From: Mycobacteriales bacterium
GTDB lineage: Bacteria; Actinomycetota; Actinomycetes; Mycobacteriales; SCTD01
Reading direction: 5' to 3'
Assembly: GCA_030447385.1 (NCBI GenBank)
Contig: JAUJOY010000002.1
Span: 578,081 to 642,080, forward strand
Length of the DNA stretch: 64,000 nt
The translations under genes and the position numbers were made by a program. Below the pieces are notes generated by a model. The model was given only the letters and a program-made list of their open reading frames with translations, was not told where the DNA came from and did no database searches. Positions 31,271 through 42,355 of the stretch are shown piece after piece; positions within the stretch are counted from its first letter, which is position 1, and each line of letters begins with the position of its first letter.

Positions 31271-33046
31271 GTGGCAGGAGCGCGCGGAAGCGCCTCGGGC
31301 GACGACGCCCAGGCCAGGAAGAACCTCGAGCTCGCGGAGCTCACGGCGCAGATCGGCTACCTCGAGCAGGAGGTCGCGGTCCTGCGGCGCAAGCTGTCGG
31401 ACACCCCGATGCAGGTGCGGGTCCTCGAGGAGTCCCTCGCCCAGGCGCGCGCCAGCCTGGCCGGCGTCAGCGGCCAGAACGACCGCCTCGTCGGCACGCT
31501 GCGCGAGGCGCGCGCCCAGATCGTCGCCCTCAAGGAGGAGGTCGAGCGGCTGGCCCTGCCGCCCAGCGGCTACGGCATCTTCCTGTCGAGGCACGACGAC
31601 GGCACCGTCGACATCTTCACCGGCGGCCGCAAGCTCCGGGTGACCGTGAGCCCGACCGTCGAGGTCGACGACCTCCAGCGCGGCCAGGAGGTCATGCTCA
31701 ACGAGACGCTCAACGTCGTCCTGGCCCTGGCCTTCGAGCGTCAGGGCGAGGTCGTGCTGCTCAAGGAGCTGCTCGAGGGCGGCGACCGCGCGCTGGTGAT
31801 CGGGCAGACCGACCAGGAGCGGGTCGTGATGCTCGCCGAGTCCCTTGCCGACTCGCCGCTCAAGGCGGGCGACTCGCTGCTGCTCGAGACCCGCAGCGGC
31901 TACGTCTACGAGCGCATCCCGAAGTCCGAGGTCGAGGAGCTGGTCCTCGAGGAGGTGCCCGACATCGACTACGGCGACATCGGCGGCCTCGCCGCGCAGA
32001 TCGAGCAGATCCGGGACGCCGTCGAGCTGCCGTTCCTGCACAAGGAGCTGTTCAAGGAGCACCAGCTGCGTCCGCCGAAGGGCGTGCTGCTCTACGGGCC
32101 CCCCGGGTGTGGGAAGACGCTCATCGCCAAGGCCGTCGCGAACAGCCTGGCCAAGAAGGTGGCGCTGGTCACCGGCAAGCCGGACGGTCGGGCCTTCTTC
32201 CTCAACATCAAGGGTCCGGAGCTGCTCAACAAGTACGTCGGCGAGACCGAGCGGCACATCCGCCTGGTCTTCCAGCGGGCCCGGGAGAAGGCCTCGGAGG
32301 GCACCCCGGTCATCGTCTTCTTCGACGAGATGGACTCCATCTTCCGCACCCGCGGGTCCGGCATCTCCTCCGACGTCGAGACCACGATCGTGCCGCAGCT
32401 GCTGTCGGAGATCGACGGGGTCGAGACGCTCGAGAACGTCGTCGTGATCGGCGCCTCCAACCGCGAGGACATGATCGACCCGGCGATCCTGCGGCCGGGT
32501 CGGCTGGACGTGAAGATCAAGATCGAGCGCCCGGACGCCGAGGCGGCGAAGGACATCTTCGGCAAGTACATCCGTACCGACCTGCCCCTGCACGAGGACG
32601 ACCTGGCAGAGCACGACGGGTCCCGGGAGGCGACGGTCGCGGCGATGATCCAGCGCACCGTGGAGCGCATCTACACCGAGGACGAGGACAACCGCTTCCT
32701 CGAGGTCACCTACGCCAACGGCGACAAGGAGGTCCTGTACTTCAAGGACTTCAACTCCGGCGCCATGATCGAGAACATCGTGGCGCGGGCCAAGAAGATG
32801 GCGATCAAGGACTTCCTCGAGACCGGCGGCAAGGGGTTGCGGTTGCAGCACCTGATGACCGCGTGCATCGACGAGTTCAAGGAGAACGAGGACCTGCCCA
32901 ACACGACCAACCCCGACGACTGGGCCCGGATCTCGGGCAAGAAGGGGGAGCGGATCGTCTACATCCGCACCCTGGTCACCAGCGCGAAGGGCTCGGAGAC
33001 CGGCCGGTCCATCGACACCGTCGCCAACACCGGGCAGTACCTCTAG
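31271..33046 (+). CDS. arc: Proteasome-associated AAA ATPase ARC/Mpa
   Basis: Coiled-coil N-terminus, [18 protein letters not shown]-terminal GQYL. GTG 31271 follows GGTGAGG; start approximate. Confidence 0.9.
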   Translation: MAGARGSASGDDAQARKNLELAELTAQIGYLEQEVAVLRRKLSDTPMQVRVLEESLAQARASLAGVSGQNDRLVGTLREARAQIVALKEEVERLALPPSGYGIFLSRHDDGTVDIFTGGRKLRVTVSPTVEVDDLQRGQEVMLNETLNVVLALAFERQGEVVLLKELLEGGDRALVIGQTDQERVVMLAESLADSPLKAGDSLLLETRSGYVYERIPKSEVEELVLEEVPDIDYGDIGGLAAQIEQIRDAVELPFLHKELFKEHQLRPPKGVLLYGPPGCGKTLIAKAVANSLAKKVALVTGKPDGRAFFLNIKGPELLNKYVGETERHIRLVFQRAREKASEGTPVIVFFDEMDSIFRTRGSGISSDVETTIVPQLLSEIDGVETLENVVVIGASNREDMIDPAILRPGRLDVKIKIERPDAEAAKDIFGKYIRTDLPLHEDDLAEHDGSREATVAAMIQRTVERIYTEDEDNRFLEVTYANGDKEVLYFKDFNSGAMIENIVARAKKMAIKDFLETGGKGLRLQHLMTACIDEFKENEDLPNTTNPDDWARISGKKGERIVYIRTLVTSAKGSETGRSIDTVANTGQYL

Positions 33047-33066
33047 CCGCGACCTAGGGTGGCCTC

Positions 33067-34602
33067 ATGACCACGCGGCGCGTGATGGGGATCGAGACCG
33101 AGTACGGCGTGTCCATCCCCGGCCAGCCGGCGAGCGGTGCGATGGCCGCCTCCAGCCAGGTCGTCAACGGCTACGCGAGCGGCATGGCGGACGGCCCGGC
33201 CCGCGGGCGCCGCACGAGGTGGGACTTCGAGGAGGAGAACCCGCTCCGCGACGCGCGCGGGTTCGACGTCGGTCCCGCCGGGTCCGACCACCTCGCCGGT
33301 GAGCCGGATGACGAACTCGGTCTGGCCAACGTCATCCTGACCAACGGCGCCCGCCTCTACGTGGACCACGCGCACCCGGAGTACTCCTCGCCGGAGGTGA
33401 CCAACCCGCGCGACGCGGTGCTGTGGGACAAGGCGGGCGAGCGGGTCATGGCCCTGGCGGCGGAGCGCGCGCTGACGGTGCCAGGCACCTCCCGGATCCT
33501 GCTGTACAAGAACAACACCGACAACAAGGGCGCCTCCTACGGGACGCACGAGAACTACCTGATGGCCAGGCGGACCCCGTTCGCGGACATCGTGCGCCAC
33601 CTGACCCCCTTCTTCGTCAGCCGCCAGGTGGTGACCGGGGCCGGCCGGGTGGGGATCGGCCAGGACGGACGTGGTGACGGGTTCCAGCTCAGCCAGCGGG
33701 CGGACTACTTCGAGGTCGAGGTCGGCCTGGAGACCACGCTGAAGCGCCCCATCATCAACACCCGCGACGAGCCGCACGCCGACCCCGACAAGTACCGGCG
33801 CCTGCACGTGATCCTCGGTGACGCCAACCTGGCCGAGATCTCCACCTACCTCAAGGTCGGCACGACCGCCCTGGTCCTGTCGATGATCGAGGACGGCTGG
33901 TTGAGCCAGAACGGCATCGACCTGGGCGTGCTGTTCCCGGTCGCCTCGCTGCAAGCCGTCTCGCACGACCCCGCCCTGCGCACCACGATCGAGCTCCGCA
34001 ACGGCCGCCGGCTCACGGCGGTGCAGCTGCAGATGGAATACCTCGAGCAGGCCCGCAAGCACGTCGAGGACCGGCTCGGGAGTGACGCCGACGCCGTCAC
34101 GCTCGACGTGCTCGCCCGCTGGGAGTCCGTGCTCGACCGCCTCACCTCGGACCCGATGTCCTTGGCGGGCGAGCTCGACTGGGTCGCCAAGCTGTCGCTG
34201 CTCGAAGGCTTCCGCGAGCGCGAGAAGCTCGGATGGAACGCGCCGAAGCTGCACCTGGTCGACCTGCAGTACGCCGACGTGCGCCCCGAGAAGGGGCTCT
34301 ACAACCGGCTCGTCGCTCGCGGGCGGATGCAGCGCCTCGTGCGCGAGGACGAGGTGGCGCGGGCGGTCTTCGCGCCGCCGGAGGACACGCGCGCGTACTT
34401 CCGCGGCACCTGCCTCGCGCGCTACCCGACCGAGGTGGCCGCCGCCTCCTGGGACTCGGTCATCTTCGACCTGGGCCGGGAGTCGCTGCAGCGCGTGCCG
34501 ACGCTGGAGCCGCTGCGCGGCACGAAGGCCCATGTGGGAGGGCTCCTGGAGTCCTCGACGAGCGCCGCCCAGCTCGTCGAGAGCCTGTCCCGCCGGCGGT
34601 AG
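33067..34602 (+). CDS. dop: Pup deamidase/depupylase Dop
   Basis: [10 protein letters not shown] start, and position between arc and pup. Confidence 0.9.
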   Translation: MTTRRVMGIETEYGVSIPGQPASGAMAASSQVVNGYASGMADGPARGRRTRWDFEEENPLRDARGFDVGPAGSDHLAGEPDDELGLANVILTNGARLYVDHAHPEYSSPEVTNPRDAVLWDKAGERVMALAAERALTVPGTSRILLYKNNTDNKGASYGTHENYLMARRTPFADIVRHLTPFFVSRQVVTGAGRVGIGQDGRGDGFQLSQRADYFEVEVGLETTLKRPIINTRDEPHADPDKYRRLHVILGDANLAEISTYLKVGTTALVLSMIEDGWLSQNGIDLGVLFPVASLQAVSHDPALRTTIELRNGRRLTAVQLQMEYLEQARKHVEDRLGSDADAVTLDVLARWESVLDRLTSDPMSLAGELDWVAKLSLLEGFREREKLGWNAPKLHLVDLQYADVRPEKGLYNRLVARGRMQRLVREDEVARAVFAPPEDTRAYFRGTCLARYPTEVAAASWDSVIFDLGRESLQRVPTLEPLRGTKAHVGGLLESSTSAAQLVESLSRRR

Positions 34603-34615
34603 CCCCCAGTCGCGC

Positions 34616-35545
34616 TCAGCCGCGGCGCAGCCTGTCCAGCGTGCTCCGGGCCGCCTCCGCCTCGTCCTGCGCCCGCTGGACGGCCTGCAGCGCCTCGTCG
34701 TGCTCCTCCTGCGCCCGCTCCAGGGCGGCCCGGGCCGCGGTCCGCTCCTGCTCGGCCGCGTCGAGCACTGTCCGCGCTCTGCCGGCCGCCGTCTCCGCAG
34801 CGCGGAGGGCCGAGGACGCGGCCGCAAGCCGGCGGGTCCGCGTCTGCGAGGCGCGTACGGCGTCGTCGAGGCCTCCGGCGGTGCGGTGGGCGGCCACCTC
34901 CGCGGCGCGGACCGCCTCGAGCCGCTCCACCTCGAGCCGCTCCGCCTCGAGCGGCTTCGCCTCGAGCCGCTCCGCCTCGAGCGGCTTCGCCTCCGGCGCC
35001 GCCGCCTGCCGGCGATCCGGCGTCGGGGTCTTCCCTCCCGGGTGGCTCCTCGTCTGCTGTCCGGCGTGCGCCGCGACCGCGCCGGCGAGGTCCACCGCCC
35101 CGAAGCCCGCGTAGGACAGCGGCCGGATCAGCCGCCGGGAGCGGACCGCCTCCGCGCTGGCGGGGTCGGCAAGGGCAGCCTCCAGGGTGCCGGCGACCTC
35201 CTCGCGTACCGCTGCGGTGACCGGGCGTCCGGCGGCGGAGGCGGCTGTGTCGGTCACCGCCTCGACGAGCTGGCGGCGCTGTGCCCCGAGCGCGCGCAGG
35301 TCCTCCGCCCGACCGCTGGCCTGCGCCTTCGCGAGCGCAGGACCGAGCGCCAGCAGCGAGTCGAGCAGGTCCCCCTGCTCGGCGGCGAGGCGGTTGACCA
35401 GCCATGCCGACACCGACGGCTTGCGCAAGCCGGCGATGGCCTTCGCGCCCGCCGCGTCTCCCTGTCCCTTCAACGATTTCGCCGAGCGGTCCCGCGCGGC
35501 GATGAACTCCTCGGGAGGGAGCTGGTACAGCGTCTCGGCGTCCAT
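34616..35545 (-). CDS. Hypothetical Ala/Arg/Glu-rich coiled-coil protein, antisense between dop and pup
   Basis: 309-aa ORF with a plausible globular N-terminus (MDAETLYQLPPEEFIAARD...) and an internal EAKPLEAERL repeat. Confidence 0.55.
   Translation of the reverse strand: MDAETLYQLPPEEFIAARDRSAKSLKGQGDAAGAKAIAGLRKPSVSAWLVNRLAAEQGDLLDSLLALGPALAKAQASGRAEDLRALGAQRRQLVEAVTDTAASAAGRPVTAAVREEVAGTLEAALADPASAEAVRSRRLIRPLSYAGFGAVDLAGAVAAHAGQQTRSHPGGKTPTPDRRQAAAPEAKPLEAERLEAKPLEAERLEVERLEAVRAAEVAAHRTAGGLDDAVRASQTRTRRLAAASSALRAAETAAGRARTVLDAAEQERTAARAALERAQEEHDEALQAVQRAQDEAEAARSTLDRLRRG
34916..34990 (-). repeat. 15-bp in-frame tandem repeat x5 (perfect 30-bp duplication 34931-34960 / 34961-34990)
   Basis: ctcgagccgctccgc / ctcgagcggcttcgc units, read directly. 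Confidence 0.9.
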
Positions 35546-35663
35546 GCCCGCACCTTGCCCTGCCGGACCCTGCAGCGGGCGTCGGGGCGCCCGAACGCGG
35601 ATGCAGATCGGGTCGCGCGGATAGGGTCGAGGCAGGAAGCGGACGAGGACAGGGAGCGCAGCG

Positions 35664-35873
35664 ATGGCAACCAGGGACAGCGGCGGTCAGGACCGGGCGA
35701 GCCGGCGCAGCGAGGAGACCGAGGAGGTCGCCGCCGAGGAGGCCAGTGACGTCCAGGAGCGGGTCGGCAAGCTGACCGACGACGTGGACGCCCTGCTGGA
35801 CGACATCGACGAGGCGCTCGAGACCAACGCCGAGGACTTCGTGAAGGCGTTCGTGCAGAAGGGCGGGCAGTAG
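35664..35873 (+). CDS. pup: Prokaryotic ubiquitin-like protein Pup
   Basis: Acidic 69-aa protein ending FVQKGGQ. Confidence 0.95.
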   Translation: MATRDSGGQDRASRRSEETEEVAAEEASDVQERVGKLTDDVDALLDDIDEALETNAEDFVKAFVQKGGQ

Positions 35874-36012
35874 CCGGCTGCCGAGCCGACCGGCCCACCC
35901 GGGGACGCGGCAGGGCCGTGGTGTGCTGTGCTGCTGCCGCACCTGTACAGCCGGCCGCCGCCGCGGTCCCGCGGCACGGTGAGCCGGCGAGCGAGAATGG
36001 GGAGATCACCAC

Positions 36013-36834
36013 ATGGCACGGGACGCAGGACTGCACGGGCGGCTGCCTGCGCACTTCACCGCGCCGGGGAGCGCGTCGTTCACCGAGTTTCTCGGCCGCG
36101 TGGCGCCTGAGCTGCTGCCGATGAACCGGGCGCTGCCTCCCGGTGTTCTCGACGTCCCCCACGGCACGACGATCGTTGCCGTCGTGCACGCCAGCGGCGT
36201 GATCATGGCCGGGGACCGCCGGGCCACCACCGGCAACGTCATCGCCCAGCGCGACATCGAGAAGGTCTTCCCCGCCGACGACTACTCGGTCGTGGGCATC
36301 GCCGGGGCCGCCGGGATCGCGGTGGAGATGGTGCGCCTGTTCCAGATGGAGCTCGAGCACTACGAGAAGATGGAGGGCCACGTGCTGTCCCTGGACGGCA
36401 AGGCCAACCGGCTGTCGGCGATGATCCGGGGCAACCTCGCGATGGCGATGCAGGGGCTGGCTGTCGTCCCGCTGTTCGCCGGTTTCGACCTCGACGGCTC
36501 GGTGGGCCGCATCTTCTCCTACGACGTCACCGGTGGCCGCTACGAGGAGCACTCCTTCCACGCGGTGGGCTCGGGCAGCAGCTTCGCGCGCAGCGCGATG
36601 AAGAAGCGCTACCGGGACGGCGTCTCGGAGGCTGAGGGCGTCAAGCTCGCCGTCGACGCCCTCTACGACGCGGCTGACGACGACTCAGCCACCGGCGGTC
36701 CCGACCTGACCCGCCGGATCTGGCCGGTGGTCATGAGCGTCACGGACGTCGGGGGCCGGCGGCTGCCCGACGACGAGGTTGCCGGCGTCGTCGAGACGGT
36801 CGTGGCCGAGCGCATGGTCCACCCGGGCGGCTGA
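36013..36834 (+). CDS. prcB: 20S proteasome beta subunit
   Basis: Propeptide followed by HG/TTIVA (Thr1 site). Confidence 0.9.
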   Translation: MARDAGLHGRLPAHFTAPGSASFTEFLGRVAPELLPMNRALPPGVLDVPHGTTIVAVVHASGVIMAGDRRATTGNVIAQRDIEKVFPADDYSVVGIAGAAGIAVEMVRLFQMELEHYEKMEGHVLSLDGKANRLSAMIRGNLAMAMQGLAVVPLFAGFDLDGSVGRIFSYDVTGGRYEEHSFHAVGSGSSFARSAMKKRYRDGVSEAEGVKLAVDALYDAADDDSATGGPDLTRRIWPVVMSVTDVGGRRLPDDEVAGVVETVVAERMVHPGG

Positions 36835-36931
36835 GCGCCCCTTCCGCCGGCCGGCCCAGCCGCCCCGACGCTCGCCGTCCCACTGGTCCGAAGACCCCGA
36901 CAGCCCCACCCGCAGGTCCGAGGAGGCCCCG

Positions 36932-37639
36932 ATGACGCAGCCCTTCTACGTCTCACCCGAGCAGGTGATGAAGGACAAGAGCGACTACGCCCGCAAGGGG
37001 ATCGCGCGGGGCCGCTCCGTCCTGACCCTGGCGTACGGCGACGGCATCCTGTTCGTGGGGGAGAACCCCAGCAACGCGCTGCACAAGATCAGCGAGATCT
37101 ACGACCGGATCGCCTTCGCCGCGGTCGGCAAGTACAACGAGTTCGAGAACCTGCGGCTGGCGGGGGTGCGCTACGCCGACCTGCGGGGCTACCAGTACGA
37201 CCGGCGTGACGTCACGAGCCGGGGCCTCGCCAACGCCTACGCGCAGACGCTCGGCACCATCTTCACCGAGTCGGGCAAGCCGTACGAGGTGGAGCTCGTC
37301 GTCGCGGAGGTCGGCGAGCGGACGGCGGACGACCAGCTCTACCGACTCACCTACGACGGCTCCGTAGCGGAGGAGCACGGCTTCGTCGTGATGGGCGGCA
37401 ACAGCGAGCCGATTAGCAACTACGTCAAGGAGCGGCACGACCCCGGGGCTGCCCTGGACGTCGTGCTCCAGCTCGGCGTCACGGCGCTGTCGCAAGGCCC
37501 GGACGGCACCAGCCGCACCATCTCCGCCGACGACCTGGAGGCGGCCGTGCTGGATCGCACCCGCCCCCGGCGGGCCTTCCAGCGACTGGTCGGCGCGCGC
37601 CTCGAGCGACTGCTCGGGGTCGAGGCGCCGTCAGCATGA
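36932..37639 (+). CDS. prcA: 20S proteasome alpha subunit
   Basis: [16 protein letters not shown] start after a GAGGAGG RBS. Confidence 0.9.
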   Translation: MTQPFYVSPEQVMKDKSDYARKGIARGRSVLTLAYGDGILFVGENPSNALHKISEIYDRIAFAAVGKYNEFENLRLAGVRYADLRGYQYDRRDVTSRGLANAYAQTLGTIFTESGKPYEVELVVAEVGERTADDQLYRLTYDGSVAEEHGFVVMGGNSEPISNYVKERHDPGAALDVVLQLGVTALSQGPDGTSRTISADDLEAAVLDRTRPRRAFQRLVGARLERLLGVEAPSA

Positions 37640-38202
37640 GGCGCTGCGGCGTGTCGCTGCGCATCGTGGGGTCCCTGGCTGCCGGCGGACTCTGCCTGTC
37701 CGCCTGTGGCGGCTCAGGCGACGACAAGGCGGCTTCGGACCGCCCGACTCCGGGCCCGGCATCGCCAGCGACCTGCCCGATCTCGGCGGTCGAGGTCGCG
37801 CCGCCGCCCGGGGCGAGCACCGAGCTCGCCGCCAAGCCGGTGGTGCCTCCCGCCACCGGGCCGCCGCCGGCCCAGCTGCAGTACGCCGACCTTGCGGAGG
37901 GCACGGGCGCCGAGGCGGTCCCCGGCAGCCAGGTCGAGGTCAAGTACGTCGGCGCGTTCTACGAGACCGGCCAGGAGTTCGACTCCTCCTGGAGCCGCGG
38001 CGCCAACTCGACCCTGCCGTTCGGCATCTGCCAGCGGGGGGTCATCCCCGGGTTCGCCGTCGGCCCCACCGGGATGAAGGTCGGCGGACGGCGGACCATC
38101 ACCATCCCGAGCGAGCTGGGCTACGGCGCCCAGGGCTCACCCCCCAAGATCCCGCCCGGCGCCACCCTCGTGTTCGTCGTCGACCTCGTGAGGGTGCGGT
38201 AG
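37636..38202 (+). CDS. FKBP-type peptidyl-prolyl isomerase lipoprotein
   Basis: ATGA overlap with prcA, LSAC lipobox, and C-terminal FKBP core ([17 protein letters not shown]...[10 protein letters not shown]). Confidence 0.85.
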   Translation: MRRCGVSLRIVGSLAAGGLCLSACGGSGDDKAASDRPTPGPASPATCPISAVEVAPPPGASTELAAKPVVPPATGPPPAQLQYADLAEGTGAEAVPGSQVEVKYVGAFYETGQEFDSSWSRGANSTLPFGICQRGVIPGFAVGPTGMKVGGRRTITIPSELGYGAQGSPPKIPPGATLVFVVDLVRVR

Positions 38203-38273
38203 CGCCGCCGCCGCCCGTTCCGCCTCGTTTTGCGCGCGCCGCGCGGGGCATCGGTGGAAGCGGAGGTGGGTCC

Positions 38274-38711
38274 GTGCCGAAGACCACAGGAGACGGACAG
38301 CCAAAGCGGGACGAGCTGCCGTCCACCCTGCAGCGCTCACCGTCGAAGGCGCAGCGCACCTTCGCCAAGACCTACGACTCGGCAGCCGAGACCTACGACG
38401 GGAACGAGGAGCGGGCCTCGCGCACCGCCTACGCCGCCCTCAAGCACTCCTTCGAGAAGGTGGGCGACCACTGGGAGCCCAAGAAGTCGAAGGGGCCGAG
38501 CGACGAGCGCAGCGCGCGCAGCGGCCCCGCGGCGCGAGACAGCAGGATCCCCACCGCGGGCGGTGTGGACGCCAACGCGAGCAAGAAGCACCTGTACGAG
38601 ATCGCGCAGCGCCTGGACGTCCCCGGGCGCTCCGCCATGAGCAAGGCCGAGCTCGTGACGGCGATCGGCCGCGCCAACGACCGCGCCACCGCCCGGGCCC
38701 GGCGGGACTGA
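38274..38711 (+). CDS. ChaB-like domain protein with C-terminal Rho-N/SAP-like helix-extended-helix
   Basis: DELPSTLQRSP...AYAALKHSFEKVGDHW, then KHLYEIAQRLDVPGRSAMSKAELVTAI. Confidence 0.55.
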   Translation: MPKTTGDGQPKRDELPSTLQRSPSKAQRTFAKTYDSAAETYDGNEERASRTAYAALKHSFEKVGDHWEPKKSKGPSDERSARSGPAARDSRIPTAGGVDANASKKHLYEIAQRLDVPGRSAMSKAELVTAIGRANDRATARARRD

Positions 38712-38736
38712 CCGGCCTCGCGGCCCGAGCCGGACG

Positions 38737-39396
38737 CTAGCGGTCGGCGCGCAGCACCCGCAGGATGTCGGCCTCGTCGCTGATCACGCCCGTCACCCCC
38801 AGCGCGAGGACCTCCTCGAGCGCTCCCGGGTCGTTGACCGGCCAGGTCATCACCACCTCGACCCGCTCGTGCAGCTCGGCGACCAGCGCACGGCTCAGCA
38901 GCGACCGGTGCAGGCTCACGCCGTAGGGCGGTTCGGCCCGGCGCACCCGCATCCGCAGCTGCTGCATCTCAGCGCGGTTGCGCGCCGACAGGACCGGAGA
39001 AGCCCACGACTGCCCGAAGAAGGGGCGCACGCCCGGCCACCACCGCGAGCAGACGAGCATCGGCTGGTCCGGTAGCCGCTCGTGCATCAGCCGCGCGACG
39101 TGCACGCCCACGGTCCCGGGCCCCTTCAGGTCGACCATCAGCTGGACCGGCTCGGCCAGGGCATCGAGGGCGTCCAGGAGCTGGACCAGCTCGAGCCGGG
39201 GAAGCGATGCAGCCGGGATCAGCTCCCACTTCTCCCAGAGCCACGGCAGCGGGCCGAGCGACTTCTCGTGCCGGACCTCCAGCCGCCCGCCGTAGGCGTG
39301 GACGTCGGCCTCGAAGACGTCGGCACCCACCTCGGCCGCAGCCTGCAGCGCAGGCAGGGAGTTGCCCGCACGGTGCGCGATCGCGAGCACCCTCAC
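38737..39396 (-). CDS. Glycerophosphodiester phosphodiesterase-like protein
   Basis: IAHRAGN, FEADVH and EVRHEK strings. GTG start chosen downstream of the neighbour's stop. Confidence 0.5.
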   Translation of the reverse strand: MRVLAIAHRAGNSLPALQAAAEVGADVFEADVHAYGGRLEVRHEKSLGPLPWLWEKWELIPAASLPRLELVQLLDALDALAEPVQLMVDLKGPGTVGVHVARLMHERLPDQPMLVCSRWWPGVRPFFGQSWASPVLSARNRAEMQQLRMRVRRAEPPYGVSLHRSLLSRALVAELHERVEVVMTWPVNDPGALEEVLALGVTGVISDEADILRVLRADR

Positions 39397-39406
39397 CCGG
39401 GAGGGA

Positions 39407-40276
39407 TCACGCGGTGGCCGTACTGCCCGATGCGGGTCCCGCCTCGAAGCTCTCCTCGGCGGGGCGGCGCTGACCGGGCAGGTTCGGCACCGTCCCGGAG
39501 GCACCCGGGCAGGGCGGTGCAGCGGCCGCGCTGTCGGCGCCCTCGCCCGCGGTGCCCCGCTTCTCGATCCACAAGGCGATTGTCCAACCCGCGAGCCCGA
39601 ACGCCGCGCCGACCAGGACGTCGAGGACGTAGTGGTTGGCGGTCACGATGGTGGCCGCCGCCATCAGCATCGGCATCAGGCATCCGATCATGCGGATCAG
39701 CCAGGTCGTGGCGACGGCGACGAGAGCCATGCCGACCAGCAGGTCCCAGCCGACGTGCAGGCTCGGCATCGCGGCGTACTGGTTGACGAAGGCCGGTGGT
39801 TGAAGGACACGGTAGGAGTTGGAGGACTCGGTGATCGTGTCGACGAACCCCAGCCCGGCCAGCCGTGGCGGCGCGACGGGGTAGGTCGTGTAGACGCACA
39901 GGCCCAGCGCACCGGAGGCGATCATCGCGTTGCGCAGGCGCCGGAAGACCACGCGGTTGTGGGTGGCGAGCCACAGCAGCGTCGCCACGATGACGGGCCA
40001 GTGGCCCCAGATGTAGATCCAGTTGGCCACGGTGGTGACCGCATCGAGGTCCACGAGCGCGCTCTGGACGCCCTTCTCGACGTCCAGGCCGAGCGTCTTC
40101 TCCAGGCCCAGGATGTCGAGCGCGTGCTCGCGCGCCCTGTCCGGCGCACCGGCCGTCAGCCCCCGCACCCCGAAGTAGACGACGACGCCCGTCAGGACGA
40201 CCGCGACGTCCACGCCGACGACGTGCAGTCGGGTGCGCACCCCCGTGCGCACCCTCTGCGTGAGATCCCTGTCCAT
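39407..40276 (-). CDS. PAP2_C / inositolphosphotransferase-like polytopic membrane protein
   Basis: Six or so TM helices with the YAAMPSLHVGW motif. Confidence 0.55.
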   Translation of the reverse strand: MDRDLTQRVRTGVRTRLHVVGVDVAVVLTGVVVYFGVRGLTAGAPDRAREHALDILGLEKTLGLDVEKGVQSALVDLDAVTTVANWIYIWGHWPVIVATLLWLATHNRVVFRRLRNAMIASGALGLCVYTTYPVAPPRLAGLGFVDTITESSNSYRVLQPPAFVNQYAAMPSLHVGWDLLVGMALVAVATTWLIRMIGCLMPMLMAAATIVTANHYVLDVLVGAAFGLAGWTIALWIEKRGTAGEGADSAAAAPPCPGASGTVPNLPGQRRPAEESFEAGPASGSTATA

Positions 40277-40334
40277 GTCGCACCACCCCCAGCAAGGCCA
40301 GTGTGACTCATCCCGAAGCCGGTGAACAGCCGTT

Positions 40335-41213
40335 TCAGCAGGCTGGAGCCGCCGCGGAGCTGCGGGACGTGAGGCGCCTGGCCAGGAGCAGGCTCACCCC
40401 TCCGAGCAGCAGCGCGGGCAACCAGGCCACCACCGCCTTCAGCGCCACCGCGCCCAGCGCCGCCTGCCACGGCAGCCCGAGCCCCGCCAGCGCCACGACC
40501 AGCGCACCGTCGCGCGGGCTGGCGCCGTGGGGGCCGGGTACGGCTCCGGCCAGCTGGCTGGCACCGAACGCCCCCAGCAGGGCCAACGGCCCGAGGGTGT
40601 GCCCGGTGGCAGCGACAGCTCCCAGCAGCAGTAGGCAGATGGAGAGCTGGTAGGCCGCGGAGAGCGCGATCCCCAACGCCACCTTGCGCGGCGCGGGAAG
40701 GCGGCGGTGCGGCACCAGGTCCGGCCGTCGCCTGCCCACGAGAAGCGCGACGGCCACGGCGACCGCAGCGACCGCCAGAGCGCTGAGCAGCATCCTGGCG
40801 GGAAGGGCGGTGGCCGAGAACCCGACGAAGGCGGCGAGCCCCAGCGCGCCGACCAACCGGTCCAGGCCGGCTTCGGCCACCGCGTCGGGGGTGGTCATCC
40901 CCGTACCGGTCAGCCGGCGTACGCGCCACGCGTCGGCCCCGACGTGCCCCGGGGTCAGGAGCCCGCACAGCTCCGCCTCGGCGTAGGCCCTGATGTGCCA
41001 GCGGCGGGAGCGGCCGCTCTCGGACAGCGCGTGCCACCGCAGGGGGCAGAGCAGGTACTTGCCCACGATCCAGGGCGCGAGCCCCAGCACCACCGGCAGC
41101 CAGGACAGGCGGGGGAGGGTCGGCAGGGTCAGCAGAGGAACCGCGACGGCCACCACCACGGTGGCGGACGCGAGCAGGACCCGCCGGCGCCCGTGCAGCA
41201 GCGAGATCGGCAC
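40335..41213 (-). CDS. UPF0104 (lysyl-PG synthase TM-region-like / flippase-like) membrane protein
   Basis: Polytopic, with GKYLLCPLRWHAL and LTPGHVGADAWR strings. Confidence 0.5.
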   Translation of the reverse strand: MPISLLHGRRRVLLASATVVVAVAVPLLTLPTLPRLSWLPVVLGLAPWIVGKYLLCPLRWHALSESGRSRRWHIRAYAEAELCGLLTPGHVGADAWRVRRLTGTGMTTPDAVAEAGLDRLVGALGLAAFVGFSATALPARMLLSALAVAAVAVAVALLVGRRRPDLVPHRRLPAPRKVALGIALSAAYQLSICLLLLGAVAATGHTLGPLALLGAFGASQLAGAVPGPHGASPRDGALVVALAGLGLPWQAALGAVALKAVVAWLPALLLGGVSLLLARRLTSRSSAAAPAC

Positions 41214-41359
41214 GTTCCTCCTCTGTCGGTCTCGCGAGATGTGTCGGCGGGAGAGGTCGCTGCCTTCATCCCTCAGACAGGTGTTGCCCGGTTACGCGGA
41301 CGTCGACTCCTGGACTGTCCCAATCTGCGCCGTTTGGTCGACCGAGGGCGGCAGGGGGC

Positions 41360-42217
41360 TCAGGGTCGGACCTGGACCTGAAGCCGCGCTCCCTGCTGAC
41401 GCACGCGGTAGGACAGCTGTGGCGAGGTGGCCGGCCCCCGCGCGACGCTGCCGTCGGTCAGCCGGAAGGCGCTCCCGTGCCAGGGGCAGATCAGGCAGCC
41501 GTCGTGAACCTCACCCTCGTCGAGCGGGGCCCCGTAGTGACTGCACACCGCTCCCATCGCGTAGACCGACCCGCCACGCCGCGTGAGCACGATCTCCTGG
41601 CCCTCGACCTCGATCCGCAGCAGCGCCCCCTCCTGGACGTCGGCGTCGGCGGCGGCGTCGGTCCAGCCGCGGGGCTGCTTCTGCTCGTCGGCGTTGCGGT
41701 TCATGCCGACCCCCTGGCTGTACGACAGGTGGCCTCCCAGGTACCCGCCCACCGCCATGGTCGCTGCTCCGGCCAGGGCCAGCCTGCGGCCGCGGGTGTC
41801 GTCGCCGCGGCGGCGGGCCAGCCAGCTCGTGCCGAACAGCACCGTCGTGGCGACGTTGGCCAGCGCGTGCACGAGACCCACCCGCTTGGGGCTCTCGAAC
41901 TCGCCGAGCTCGGACCAGTCGGCCAGGCCGGCGGCAGCCGTGGGTGCGACCACGAGCACGCCGGCACCGACCAGCCTCCGGGCGGCGCGCTCGGATCCCC
42001 GCCCACCTGTCAGGTCGAGAAGGAGCGCCCCGGACCACATCCCGATCGGCACCGCCACGAGCAGCGGGTGCAGGGGGTGTCCCAGCCACCGGCCGTGCAG
42101 GGCGTCCTTGACCCTGCCCTGCGGGAGCACTGCCGTGACCACTCCCGTGGCCGCCTTCGTCACCGGGTCCAGCGCCTTCGCGCGCTCGAGCTTGCCCGCC
42201 AGGGTCGACCACCACAT
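41360..42217 (-). CDS. DUF2231-like membrane domain fused to Rieske 2Fe-2S domain
   Basis: ATG 42217 follows GAGGAGG. Four TM helices. C-terminal CSHYG...CPWHGS Rieske ligand pattern. Confidence 0.7.
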   Translation of the reverse strand: MWWSTLAGKLERAKALDPVTKAATGVVTAVLPQGRVKDALHGRWLGHPLHPLLVAVPIGMWSGALLLDLTGGRGSERAARRLVGAGVLVVAPTAAAGLADWSELGEFESPKRVGLVHALANVATTVLFGTSWLARRRGDDTRGRRLALAGAATMAVGGYLGGHLSYSQGVGMNRNADEQKQPRGWTDAAADADVQEGALLRIEVEGQEIVLTRRGGSVYAMGAVCSHYGAPLDEGEVHDGCLICPWHGSAFRLTDGSVARGPATSPQLSYRVRQQGARLQVQVRP

Positions 42218-42355
42218 GTGTCCTCCTCGGGCACGAACGCCAGTGCTGGCATCACCCTGCCGCATCGAGGGAAACATCCCGGAAGCGCCCCGCCGAGGGG
42301 CAGGTGCGCGCGTTGCGCCCTTGGGAATCGCCAGCCGATGGGGCAGGCTGCGCGC

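Noticed and set aside
28501-31344. 947-aa minus-strand ORF spanning the FAH start, the S2P gene and trmI
   Set aside because: The composition is Arg/Pro/Gly/Ala-rich with no motifs. It lies antisense to genes with clear family signatures. This is a typical stop-poor shadow frame in high-GC DNA.
30899-34827. Long minus-strand ORFs (30899-32851, 33043-34827) and an alternative plus-frame ORF (31225-33057) over arc and dop
   Set aside because: These are shadow frames of unmistakable arc and dop genes, with low-complexity Arg/Gly/Pro translations.
41226-41260. tgtcggtc string resembling the mycobacterial PafBC/RecA-independent promoter motif
   Set aside because: No TAnnnT hexamer is present at the required 8-nt spacing, and the orientation does not face a gene start.
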